Shown: positions 1 to 8,235, counted from the first letter of the stretch. The stretch: DNA of 45,156 nt from an uncultured Collinsella sp. (GCA_900752275.1 CAADUS010000012.1:1-45156); one strand, 5' to 3'. Made by a program: numbers and translations. The notes: generated from the sequence alone by a model not told the origin.

Positions 1-120
1 ATTGGTGGCTGCGTTCCGTCGTGGGTGGCTCCTCGTCCGGCGTGTGCTGCGTCGACAACAACGGCACTGCCTACTACCCTTCGGCGACGGCCGTCTGGGT
101 TCGCCCCCGCCCCGGCTTCC
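1..120 (+). repeat. DGR variable repeat (VR), 5' part outside the window
   Basis: Aligns ungapped to 740-859 (offset 739) with mismatches at 21,39,40,49,54,67,72,78,79,90,91,116, each opposite an A in TR. Confidence 0.95.
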
Positions 121-131
121 TCGTCGGCTAG
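3..131 (+). CDS. 3' end of the DGR target gene (5'-truncated by the window), probably a C-type-lectin-fold phage receptor-binding or tail protein
   Basis: Frame 3 reads WWLRSVVGGSSSGVCCVDNNGTAYYPSATAVWVRPRPGFLVG* (TAG at 129-131). WWLRS...VRP.F is typical of DGR variable C-termini. Not in the ORF track. Confidence 0.85.
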   Translation, partial: WWLRSVVGGSSSGVCCVDNNGTAYYPSATAVWVRPRPGFLVG

Positions 132-159
132 CCAGCCGAGTGCTCTATACTCTGCTTTT

Positions 160-211
160 AGGCGACCGCCTTGCGCGGTCGCCTCTCGCCCGCGAAGCGG
201 GCCGTTTTTTT
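160..211 (+). promoter_or_regulatory. Two hairpins downstream of VR (candidate DGR target-recognition cruciform and/or terminator)
   Basis: AGGCGACCGC-cttgc-GCGGTCGCCT (160-184, perfect 10 bp stem) and GCCCGC-gaa-GCGGGC (188-202), followed by a T7 run at 205-211. Confidence 0.7.
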
Positions 212-236
212 CCGCCAGTTTCCCCAGGAGGTGCAC

Positions 237-707
237 GTGAGCGGCGTCTACCAGCGCAACCGCGAGGTTTCCGAGTACAAGTTTTTCACTCAAGCAATCG
301 CCATCCGCGTGGAGGTCAACAAGCTGATGGCGTCGTCCTCCGTGGTTCCGAAGGCCTATCGTCTGCTGAACGCGGTGCCCACGGTGGAGACGGCGCGCAG
401 CATCGTGTACAACGTCAACCGCGCCGGCTGCTTCTACCCCAACACCTCGTTCAACGCGCTGGAGAGGAAACGCTACCTGACGCTGGCCATAGCTGACTGC
501 GAGCAGCTGATGCTGGACATGCAGTGCCTCATGGATATCGGCCTGCCCGTGAACGCCAACCGCTTCGAGGAGCTGGCGGCCATGGTCGAGGAGGAGATCA
601 AACTGCTCAAGGGCGCGCGCAAGAACGTACGCGTCACCGGCAAGAAGACGACCGACGAGCGCATAGCCGAGGCCGAGGCCGAGCTAGAGCGCCTGCGTTC
701 GCTATAA
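237..707 (+). CDS. avd: DGR accessory variability determinant (Avd-like helical bundle protein), 156 aa
   Basis: GTG at 237 after AGGAGGT; helical-looking sequence; lies between VR and TR as avd does in Bordetella phage BPP-1. Assignment is mainly positional. Confidence 0.75.
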   Translation: MSGVYQRNREVSEYKFFTQAIAIRVEVNKLMASSSVVPKAYRLLNAVPTVETARSIVYNVNRAGCFYPNTSFNALERKRYLTLAIADCEQLMLDMQCLMDIGLPVNANRFEELAAMVEEEIKLLKGARKNVRVTGKKTTDERIAEAEAELERLRSL

Positions 708-739
708 TGGGCGGCGGTCCCGCCTTGTATATCGGTACA

Positions 740-859
740 ATTGGTGGCTGCGTTCCGTCATGGGTGGCTCCTCGTCCAACGTGTGCTACGTCAACAACAA
801 CGGCAATGCCAACTACAATTCGGCGACGAACGTCTGGGTTCGCCCCCGCCCCGGATTCC
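740..859 (+). repeat. DGR template repeat (TR); probably starts further 5' (~710-739)
   Basis: Intergenic copy of VR rich in AAC/AAT codons in the VR frame (WWLRSVMGGSSSNVCYVNNNGNANYNSATNVWVRPRPGF); 22 adenines in the aligned part. Confidence 0.95.
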
Positions 860-1071
860 CTTATTGCCAGACCGAGTAGGCCAGCGGGCCGAAAGCAGAG
901 CGCGGAGAGGAAGGAAGGCGCGACCGTCGGGCGCGAGCCCGTAAATACGCACCCCGCGAGGGTGGCCGGACGCTGCTTGCATGGCGCGGCGCTCCGTGGC
1001 TTCGCCGCGTTTCATGGCCATACCTCAAGCGGCTGTCAGAGCCACATTGCAAGCCGTGCGGGGTGCCTTCT

Positions 1072-2250
1072 ATGAACTCGGAGCAAAGGCGGGCCGCACG
1101 CCGGAAGCGCCGCGAGGAGAAGCGCGCCAGGGCCAAGGCCGAGCGCGTCAAGGCGTGCACCCTTGAGACGGTGGCCGACCTCAACAGCCTGTGCAAGGCT
1201 TCCAAGCAGGCCGCGCGTGGCGTCATGTGGAAGGCCTCGACGCAGCGGTACATGAAGGACTACCTGCGAAACGCCGTGAAATCGCGCCAAGACCTTTTGG
1301 AGGGCCGCGACATATGCCGGGGTTTCATCCGCTTCGACCTGTGGGAGCGCGGCAAGCTGCGCCACATCAGTGCAGTGCACTTCCCCGAGCGCGTGGTGCA
1401 GAAGTCGCTGTCCCAGAACGCCCTCGTGCCCGCGATAGTCCCCACGCTCGTATCCGCGAACTCCGCCAACATCAAGGGGCGCGGCACCGACTACGCCCTT
1501 AAGCTGCTCAAGCGCCACCTGGCCGACCACTGGCGGCGGCATGGGCGCGAGGGCTACATACTGCTGGGCGACTTCTCCGACTACTTCGCGCGCATTGCCC
1601 ACGAGCCGGTCAAGCGGCAGGTGGCCGACGCGCTGCTCGACCCGCGCGTGGTCGCCCTTGAGCACCGCCTGATAGACGCGCAGGGCGAGGTCGGCCTGGG
1701 CCTGGGCAGCGAGCCAAACCAGATATGCGCGGTGGCGCACCCCAACCGCATCGACCACTACGTGGCCGAGATGCTGCGCCCCGAGGCCTACGGGCGCTAC
1801 ATGGACGACTTCTACCTGATCCACGAGTCCAAGGAGTACCTGCAAGTGTGCCTTCTGCTGATAGAGCACGAGTGCGCGAAGCTCGGCATCGCGCTGAACC
1901 CGCGCAAGACCCGCGTGGTGAAGCTGACGCGCGGCTTCACGTGGCTGAAGAAGCGCATCTTCTACACCGAAACGGGCCGCATCGTCATGAAGCCGTGCCG
2001 CGACTCCATCACGCGCGAGCGACGCAAGCTGAAGAAGATGGCGCGCATGGTGGCCGAGGGGGTCATGACGCCCGAGCAGGTGCAGCAGAGCTACCAGAGC
2101 TGGCGCGGCGGCATGGCTCACTTGGACGCGCACCGCAGCGTGCTGGCCATGGACGCGCTGTACCGCAGCCTGTTCGAAAATCTCGCGGGGGGGGGTTGCT
2201 CAATGCAATCAAGCCCGAGAGACGATTCGGGCGGAACGCCCTCGCCATAG
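1072..2250 (+). CDS. DGR reverse transcriptase
   Basis: Motifs ERGKLRHI, ERVVQ, SANIKGRG, LLGDFSDYF, GLGLGSEPNQ, YGRYMDD; ~390 aa with no endonuclease domain. ATG 1072 preferred (track start 1063). Confidence 0.95.
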   Translation: MNSEQRRAARRKRREEKRARAKAERVKACTLETVADLNSLCKASKQAARGVMWKASTQRYMKDYLRNAVKSRQDLLEGRDICRGFIRFDLWERGKLRHISAVHFPERVVQKSLSQNALVPAIVPTLVSANSANIKGRGTDYALKLLKRHLADHWRRHGREGYILLGDFSDYFARIAHEPVKRQVADALLDPRVVALEHRLIDAQGEVGLGLGSEPNQICAVAHPNRIDHYVAEMLRPEAYGRYMDDFYLIHESKEYLQVCLLLIEHECAKLGIALNPRKTRVVKLTRGFTWLKKRIFYTETGRIVMKPCRDSITRERRKLKKMARMVAEGVMTPEQVQQSYQSWRGGMAHLDAHRSVLAMDALYRSLFENLAGGGCSMQSSPRDDSGGTPSP

Positions 2251-2312
2251 CGGAAGGGCGGCAACTCAAAACGGCGGCCTAGACGGGTCGAAAACGAAAT
2301 AACCAAGACAGT

Positions 2313-2342
2313 GAAGGCGTGCTGCGGCGCGCCTTCTTTCTT
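2313..2342 (+). terminator. Intrinsic terminator-like hairpin after the RT gene
   Basis: GAAGGCGTGC-tgcg-GCGCGCCTTC followed by TTTCTT. Confidence 0.55.
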
Positions 2343-2420
2343 GACGCCCGCCCAAACGGCCAGGCAATCTCACGGCGCTAATACGATGGCGGCACATTCC
2401 CCGATAAGGAAGGAGTCCGC

Positions 2421-2747
2421 ATGGACACTGAGGAAGACATGCCGCGCCCCGACGAGCTTCGAGACGGCACCCTGGCCGAGGTCAACGCCCTGCGCGACTT
2501 GCTGTCGCAGATCGGCGACCCCGACGCGGCGCACGACGCGGGCGTTATCGACGATGACGAGTACGTGGAGCGGAAGGCGCGAAAGCTCGCCTACACCTCC
2601 GCGCTCGCCGCCTACGCCAACGGCGAGGTGCCCGACCTCCCGGCGCTGCTCGAACAGATGCGCGAGCAGGCGTCCCAGCCGACGCAGACCGAGACCAACA
2701 CGGCGAACATCGACTACCTGCTCATGACCGTGGGAGGTGACCAGTAA
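2421..2747 (+). CDS. Phage hypothetical protein, 108 aa, acidic
   Basis: AAGGAG RBS; its stop overlaps the next start (TAATG at 2745-2749). Confidence 0.75.
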   Translation: MDTEEDMPRPDELRDGTLAEVNALRDLLSQIGDPDAAHDAGVIDDDEYVERKARKLAYTSALAAYANGEVPDLPALLEQMREQASQPTQTETNTANIDYLLMTVGGDQ

Positions 2748-2914
2748 TGGCTACGAAGAAAACCGTTGAGCATTCCAAGCACTTCGCGAAGGTCAAGAAG
2801 TACTACGACAAAGACCTTTGGAGCAAGGCGCGCGTCTACAAGGCTGTCGAGTGCAAATGGATCACCGCCGACGAGTACAAGGAAATCACCGGCGAGGAGT
2901 ACACGGCCGAATAG
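2747..2914 (+). CDS. XkdX-family small phage protein, 55 aa (not in ORF track)
   Basis: Manual translation MATKKTVEHSKHFAKVKKYYDKDLWSKARVYKAVECKWITADEYKEITGEEYTAE; the KYY..LW...V..AV..WIT.DEYKEITG pattern is XkdX-like; GGAGG RBS. Confidence 0.85.
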   Translation: MATKKTVEHSKHFAKVKKYYDKDLWSKARVYKAVECKWITADEYKEITGEEYTAE

Positions 2915-2934
2915 GCGGAAGGAGGGCGCCCAGG

Positions 2935-3348
2935 ATGGAAGTGCTCAAGCTTTTTGCGCCTTACGGACCGGCTTGGCTTGGCGGCGTGCTCCTGACGCTC
3001 GTTGCGTTCTACTTCGGGAGACAATTTCTTGAGGAGTACAAACGCCAAAACCAGCGGAAGGGCGAGCTCGACCTGAAGCGCGAGGAGCGCAAGCAGGCCG
3101 AAGTCGACGAGAGGGCGCAGCGCGACCGCGAGCGGTCCCAAATGGAGGGGCGCATCGCCGCCCAGATGGAGCGCAGCAACACCCTGATTGAAGGAATGAA
3201 AACGCTCATGGAGTCGGTTGTCGCGTCAAATGACGTCCTCCACGCGGACTTGGTCCACAGCCAGGCGCGTAGCCAGGGCATGGCCGAGAAGGTCGACCAT
3301 ATCTACGACCGAGTCGACCTCATGTACAACAAGGAGACAGGGAGATAA
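2935..3348 (+). CDS. Phage membrane protein (N-terminal TM plus coiled coil), possibly holin-associated
   Basis: ATG 2935 after GGAGG; hydrophobic AWLGGVLLTLVAFYFG then a charged helix; sits in the lysis region. Confidence 0.7.
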   Translation: MEVLKLFAPYGPAWLGGVLLTLVAFYFGRQFLEEYKRQNQRKGELDLKREERKQAEVDERAQRDRERSQMEGRIAAQMERSNTLIEGMKTLMESVVASNDVLHADLVHSQARSQGMAEKVDHIYDRVDLMYNKETGR

Positions 3349-3350
3349 AG

Positions 3351-3659
3351 ATGACTGATATACAGGCAGGACTCACGGTGCTGACCGTCCTCGTGGTGCC
3401 CTATATCGTGCAGGCTATCAAGACGAAGGCGATGACCGGCAATGTCGCCCGCTGGACGGCCATCGCAGTATCGGCGCTGTGCGGCGCATTGACGGCCATG
3501 GCCGGGGGTATGCCGACTGACCCCACGGCGTGGGTTACGTCCATCTTCGCCGCGGTAGGCGGCGTGCAGGTGGCATATGCAGCCTTCAAGGCGGTCGGCG
3601 TGACAGACAAGTGGCTCGACGCGCTGCTTGCCATGGGCACTCCGAAGAAGGACGACTAG
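3351..3659 (+). CDS. Putative holin, 102 aa
   Basis: About three hydrophobic segments and a charged C-terminus (PKKDD); upstream of the endolysin. Confidence 0.7.
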   Translation: MTDIQAGLTVLTVLVVPYIVQAIKTKAMTGNVARWTAIAVSALCGALTAMAGGMPTDPTAWVTSIFAAVGGVQVAYAAFKAVGVTDKWLDALLAMGTPKKDD

Positions 3660-3661
3660 GA

Positions 3662-4312
3662 ATGGGCGGCAAGCGCCTCGTGCGCATCGCCGCCGCCATC
3701 TCGCTGCTTGCTTTGCTCGCCGCCTTCGCCGACGTGGCGCTTATAGCCTCTAACGTGCCGAAGGTGCCGAAGGAAGAGCCTTTGCCCGTCATCTACGACA
3801 AGCCGCTCGACAAGCCCGCCGAGGTGCCCGTCTACCTCCAAGCAGACGAGCGCTGGGGCGGGCTTTCGTATGCAGGCGAAGACCTGGCCGCTGCCGGCTG
3901 CGGCCTCACGTGCGCGGCCATGGCGTGGGAATGGCTCTACGGCCAGACGTGCACGCCGGCGCAGATGCTGGGATTCGTTGGCGAATCGTGCCTCACGGAC
4001 GGCATGAACGACATGGAGAAGTTCTGCCGTTGGATGAACGCGAACGACCAGGCTTTGGGCTACACGCCTATCCACGACAACGCCGACGACGCCTTGGACG
4101 AGGCGGCTGGCGGATGGATGGTGTTTTGCAGCCTAACTGGCCAGCTCCGCGACGGCGGCAAGAGCTACGGCGGCCACATCGTCCTGCTCTGCGGGTGGGA
4201 CGGCGAGACGGCGACCTTCCACGACCCCTACGAGGGCGTGGTGCGTCTGAGCCGCGAACGGTACGAACAAGTTGACTGGGCTTATTTCATAGCGATAGGG
4301 AGCGCTGAATAG
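3662..4312 (+). CDS. Membrane-anchored or secreted peptidase C39-like (papain-fold) protein
   Basis: ATG 3662; N-terminal hydrophobic segment; [19 protein letters not shown] (Cys), GGHIVLL (His), FHDP (Asp). Confidence 0.8.
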   Translation: MGGKRLVRIAAAISLLALLAAFADVALIASNVPKVPKEEPLPVIYDKPLDKPAEVPVYLQADERWGGLSYAGEDLAAAGCGLTCAAMAWEWLYGQTCTPAQMLGFVGESCLTDGMNDMEKFCRWMNANDQALGYTPIHDNADDALDEAAGGWMVFCSLTGQLRDGGKSYGGHIVLLCGWDGETATFHDPYEGVVRLSRERYEQVDWAYFIAIGSAE

Positions 4313-4313
4313 A

Positions 4314-5342
4314 ATGAACGGAATCGACATCAGCAATTGGCAGAACGGCATCAACCTCGCGGCTGTCCCGTTCGACTTCGTCATCTGCAAGGCTACCGAG
4401 GGCACGCGCTACGTGTCGCCAGACTGTGACCGCCAGATCCAGCAGGCGATCGGCCTTGGCAAGCTCGTGGGCGTGTACCACTACGTCAACGGCGGCGATG
4501 CCGAGGCGGAGGCCGAGTACTTCTACGAGCACTGCAAGGGCTACGTCGGCAAGGCCGCGTTCTTCATCGACTGGGAGGATCAGGGTAACAAGGCATGGGG
4601 CGACACGTCCTACCTCAAGGCCATGGCCGAGCGCCTGGCCGAGCTTCTTGGCGTGAGCGTGGATCGCATCGGCATCTACGCCAGCAAGAGCGTCTTCCCG
4701 TGGAACCTCACCGACGCCAAGACGTGGGTGGCGCAGTACGCCGACATGAACGCCACGGGCTACCAGGACGCACCTTGGAACGAGGGCGCATACGACTGCG
4801 CCATCCGCCAGTACTCCTCATGCGGGCGCTTGGACGGCTGGGCGGGCAACCTCGACATCAACAAGTGCTATATCTCCCGCGCGGAGTGGGAGGCCATGGC
4901 GGGCGGCTCCAACGGCGACCCCGACTCGCTTATCCACGGCATCGACGAGACGCCTGCGGCAGACCTCGCGGCGAAGGTGCTCGCTGGCGAGCTCGGAGAC
5001 GGCGACGACCGCAAGCACGCGCTGGGCGACCGCTACCAGGAGGTGCAGTCGCTCGTGAATCACATCCTCACGGCATCCGCCGAGGATCTGGCAAAGGAGA
5101 CATGGGCGGGCGATTACGGCAACGGCAGCCGCCGCAAGGCTGTTTTGGGGCCGCGCTACGACGAGGTCATGGCGGTAATCAACGGCCAGGCCGAGACCGA
5201 GCAGGTGTACGTGGTGCAGAGCGGCGACACCCTTTCCGGAATCGCCTCAAAGTACGGCACGACCTATCAGAATCTCGCCGCCAAGAACGGCATCTCAAAC
5301 CCGAATCTGATCTATCCCGGCATGCGCCTGGTTGTTTCCTAG
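4314..5342 (+). CDS. Endolysin: GH25 muramidase + 2 CW_7-like repeats + LysM
   Basis: [20 protein letters not shown] (GH25); [21 protein letters not shown] and [21 protein letters not shown] (CW_7); [19 protein letters not shown]...NPNLIYPG (LysM). Confidence 0.93.
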   Translation: MNGIDISNWQNGINLAAVPFDFVICKATEGTRYVSPDCDRQIQQAIGLGKLVGVYHYVNGGDAEAEAEYFYEHCKGYVGKAAFFIDWEDQGNKAWGDTSYLKAMAERLAELLGVSVDRIGIYASKSVFPWNLTDAKTWVAQYADMNATGYQDAPWNEGAYDCAIRQYSSCGRLDGWAGNLDINKCYISRAEWEAMAGGSNGDPDSLIHGIDETPAADLAAKVLAGELGDGDDRKHALGDRYQEVQSLVNHILTASAEDLAKETWAGDYGNGSRRKAVLGPRYDEVMAVINGQAETEQVYVVQSGDTLSGIASKYGTTYQNLAAKNGISNPNLIYPGMRLVVS

Positions 5343-5433
5343 GCCGCTCGTGGTATCCTAACGAAGATAATCGTGCCGATTGCGCACACCTCGGTTCGAG
5401 GAGATGCGCAAACGGTGCACCACAGAGAACCGT

Positions 5434-5471
5434 AGCGGGTCAACGATTGTTCGTTGACCCGCTTTGTTTTT
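5434..5471 (+). terminator. Intrinsic terminator
   Basis: Perfect 13 bp stem AGCGGGTCAACGA-ttgt-TCGTTGACCCGCT followed by TTGTTTTT. Confidence 0.8.
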
Positions 5472-5643
5472 AGGTCTGCGGGCGCGCGTTTCTTGCCGGT
5501 ATCGACTCGCGCGCCGGTTGGTTGCGCTCGCGTGACGCCGTGAAAACTCTTCTTTGGCCGACGGCTTTGCTCACGACATACGGCGTAAAACAAACATGTG
5601 CCGCGTAGCTAGCGCGGCAGCCGTCAACGAAGGGAGCATCAAA

Positions 5644-6549
5644 ATGTACGAGGACATCATCACTGTGTCGACCGTAACGCTCCGACCCATGTGGGGCCAG
5701 AAGGAACAGAACCTCAACAGGATCTTGGGCTACATGAAGGCGGCAAAGAAGAAAGGCTCCGACCTCGTGGTGTTCCCCGAGATGGCGCTCACCGCCTACG
5801 ATGACGAGGCCGAAAAGCCGCTCGAGGAAAAGATGCAGTACAAGCTCGCCGAGACCGTCCCGGGCCCCTCGACCAATAAGGTCGCCGAGCTTGCCAAGGA
5901 ACTCGGCCTGTACGTGGTTATGGGCATGCCGATCAAGGATGCCCAGAAGCCCGACACCATCTACAACGGCCTCGCGATCTTCACGCCCGAGGGGCTGGCC
6001 GGCGACTACCACAAGATGCACCTGCCGGCGCCCGAGCCCAACTGGGCGACGCGCGGCGATAAGCCCTTCATCCTCGACACCCCGTGGGGCCCGATCGGTT
6101 GCGCCATCTGCTACGACACGTATTGCTTCCCTGAGCTCATGGACTACTACGTGGCCAAGGGCTGTCGCCTGTACATCAATTCGACGGCGCTCGCGCACTG
6201 CCACGGTAAGTGCCTGGGCGACGACACGCTGCGCGCGCAGTGCATCCGCGAGGGCATCTTCATTGTGTCGTCCAACCTCGGTGGCCTCGACAAGGACAAC
6301 TACTTCTGGGGCGGCAGCTCCATCCTGGGTCCGTCCGCAAAGACCTGGGAGCCGCATTACTACGCCGGTATGCCCTTCACCGCGGAAGGCGCCGACGAGG
6401 AGGCCATGTACACCGCGACGATCGACCTTTCACTGGCCACGCGCTTCCTCTACAAGCACAACCCTGCGGTCGACGGCACCGATTGGCGACCCGAGAAGTA
6501 CGTCGGTATGTTCCAGGACGTGCTTGCTGACGAGAACTACGGCAAGTAA
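5644..6549 (+). CDS. Carbon-nitrogen hydrolase (nitrilase superfamily)
   Basis: E-K-C triad contexts VVFPEM, YHKMHL, AICYD; ATG 5644 after AAGGGAG. Confidence 0.9.
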   Translation: MYEDIITVSTVTLRPMWGQKEQNLNRILGYMKAAKKKGSDLVVFPEMALTAYDDEAEKPLEEKMQYKLAETVPGPSTNKVAELAKELGLYVVMGMPIKDAQKPDTIYNGLAIFTPEGLAGDYHKMHLPAPEPNWATRGDKPFILDTPWGPIGCAICYDTYCFPELMDYYVAKGCRLYINSTALAHCHGKCLGDDTLRAQCIREGIFIVSSNLGGLDKDNYFWGGSSILGPSAKTWEPHYYAGMPFTAEGADEEAMYTATIDLSLATRFLYKHNPAVDGTDWRPEKYVGMFQDVLADENYGK

Positions 6550-6572
6550 GGGAGATTGGTCGGGTGTAGCGC

Positions 6573-6724
6573 CCTTCTTTCCACAAAACTGATCAGCATG
6601 AGTTTGTTTTCTTCCTCCGGACTCGCAAAAGCCCAGTTGGCGGGCCTCCGGTTTTTGAAAACTTACCCATGCTGATCAGTTTTTGCTGGAAAGAAGGACG
6701 AGCTGGGACAAAAGGGACGGGGGG
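6573..6724. repeat. Long imperfect inverted repeat plus one arm of the GGGACAAAAGGGAC palindrome family
   Basis: CCTTCTTTCCA (6573-6583) pairs with 6687-6697; AAAACTGATCAGCATG (6585-6600) pairs with 6668-6683; CTGGGACAAAAGGGACGGGGG (6703-6723) is identical to 13242-13262. Confidence 0.8.
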
Positions 6725-6765
6725 TGAGTCAGTGCTATCCTCGGTTTATGAAGCTTTGATTATTC

Positions 6766-8220
6766 ATGGGGGATATCGTGGCAAAGAAAATAATAGTGCG
6801 CGAACAAAAACACGGCTGCATCTGGTTTTTCTGCATGATGATGCTGTTGTGCGTCGTTATAGCGGCGCTTGCTTTTGTGGGCAGCGTTGCTGCTGGCGTG
6901 GGGCTTTGGTTCTTAATTCGTTACATCTGGCGATCTCTTGTCCGGGAATCGCCCGACAATAAGCTCGTTGTTTGGGGGATGCGCCAGGCTCCCATTGCTC
7001 GAAAGGTACTAGCTGCGGTTCCTTGCGTGATTCTGAGCTTTGCGCTGCTCGGTACCTTCGCAAATTCCACCGCTTCGAGCTCTAAGGAAGGCGATGCTGG
7101 CGCTGATGCCGCTCAGCAAGAACAGAAGGCAGAGAATTCGAAGGCCGAAGAGAAAGACCCCGAGCCAGAGGCTCCGAAGCTAGGCGATCTAAAGGTCACG
7201 TCTATCGACGTGGGGCAGGGCGATTCCGAATTCGTGCAGCTTCCAGACGGTAAAACAATGCTCATTGATGCCGGCGAGGTCGTGAGCGGTTCCACGGTCG
7301 TGGACTACCTAAAGGACCTGGGCGTCAAGAAGGTTGATTACCTTGTGGGCTCACACCCTCACTCCGATCACATTGGCGGTCTTGCCGATGTGATTAATGA
7401 ATTCGATATTGGCGAAGTTTGGATACCCGACGCCAGCGAGGGAACCGAGGTCTACGAGGAGTTTTTGGACGCCGTTGAGGCGAAGGGCTGCAAGGTAAAG
7501 AAAGCGGAAGCGGGTGAGGTGATCGTCAGTGCCGACGCCGGCTATGAGATCAGCGTTATTGGCCCGAAAGCCGGCGTGCGGTCTGAGGATATGAACGACT
7601 ACTCTGTCGTGCTTCGCGTGACATATGGCGATACCTCTATGCTTTTTACCGGGGATGCCGCTGCATCGGATATCGTTGCAGACAATCCGGGGCACGTCGA
7701 CGTTCTTAAAGCAGCGCACCACGGCAGCGAAACGGGAACCTCGGATGATCTGATGAGCTCCCTAAGCCCGTCGATCGCCGTGCTTTCTTACGGGGAGGGA
7801 AACGATTACGGTCACCCCAGCCAGTCGACGCTCGACGCGATTGCTGCAGCGGGTGCCAAGGCCTACGGAACTGCGGTAAACGGGAACATAACCGTGACGT
7901 CCGACGGTAAAACCGTGAAGGCTCAGGTGGCAAAGAGCGGAACTGTTGCGGCTGGAATTAGTGCCGAAGAGCGCCAGAAGCAGGAAGAAGAGGCGGCGGC
8001 AAAGGCGCAGGCTGAGGCTCAAGCGGAAGCAGAAGCAAAGGCACAGCAGGAGGCTGCTGCGGCCGAGGCTCAGCAGGAGACGGTGTATATCACGCCCACT
8101 GGAAAGAAGTACCATCGCAACGGCTGCCGTACGCTCAACCGAACAAAAAACCCGACACCCATCTCAAAGCAAGATGCTATAGATCAAGGATATGAGGCCT
8201 GCAAGGTATGCCATCCATAA
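6766..8220 (+). CDS. ComEC/Rec2-like metallo-beta-lactamase-fold hydrolase with N-terminal TM segments and a C-terminal Cys/His metal-binding domain
   Basis: IDVGQGDS, MLIDAG, SHPHSDHIGG, MNDYS, LFTGD, HHGS, NDYGHP; tail VYITPTGKKYHRNGC...GYEACKVCHP. Confidence 0.88.
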   Translation: MGDIVAKKIIVREQKHGCIWFFCMMMLLCVVIAALAFVGSVAAGVGLWFLIRYIWRSLVRESPDNKLVVWGMRQAPIARKVLAAVPCVILSFALLGTFANSTASSSKEGDAGADAAQQEQKAENSKAEEKDPEPEAPKLGDLKVTSIDVGQGDSEFVQLPDGKTMLIDAGEVVSGSTVVDYLKDLGVKKVDYLVGSHPHSDHIGGLADVINEFDIGEVWIPDASEGTEVYEEFLDAVEAKGCKVKKAEAGEVIVSADAGYEISVIGPKAGVRSEDMNDYSVVLRVTYGDTSMLFTGDAAASDIVADNPGHVDVLKAAHHGSETGTSDDLMSSLSPSIAVLSYGEGNDYGHPSQSTLDAIAAAGAKAYGTAVNGNITVTSDGKTVKAQVAKSGTVAAGISAEERQKQEEEAAAKAQAEAQAEAEAKAQQEAAAAEAQQETVYITPTGKKYHRNGCRTLNRTKNPTPISKQDAIDQGYEACKVCHP

Positions 8221-8235
8221 GGAAAGGAAGTTGAA

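Larger units (their letters stand above)
1..2340 (+). mobile_element. Diversity-generating retroelement (VR - hairpins - avd - TR - RT)
   Basis: 120-nt VR/TR pair with adenine-only mismatches, an Avd-sized helical ORF between them, an RT with YMDD, and a terminator-like hairpin at 2313-2340. Confidence 0.95.
1..5422 (+). mobile_element. Right end of a prophage (DGR, XkdX-like gene, holin/endolysin cassette); left part lies outside the window
   Basis: Co-oriented DGR, XkdX-like ORF, holin-like ORFs and GH25-CW_7-LysM endolysin, then a switch to host metabolic genes at 5644. Right boundary inferred from the tRNA-3'-like 11-mer at 5412-5422. Confidence 0.85.

Noticed and set aside
2..496. Track ORFs 2..496 and 25..240
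   Set aside because: Wrong frames across VR. The target frame is frame 3, ending at TAG 131, and avd most likely starts at GTG 237.
524..1075. ORFs overlapping TR (524..1075, 741..944)
   Set aside because: Low-complexity products with no RBS; better explained as the non-coding TR and spacer.
1063..2250. RT as a group II intron, retron or defence RT
   Set aside because: The adjacent adenine-mismatched repeat pair and Avd-like gene identify a DGR; no endonuclease domain or intron structure was seen.
5370..5422. Complete tRNA after the endolysin (GGTTCGA and CACCA present)
   Set aside because: Spacing does not fit a cloverleaf and there is no D or anticodon arm; only the last 11 nt look tRNA-like.
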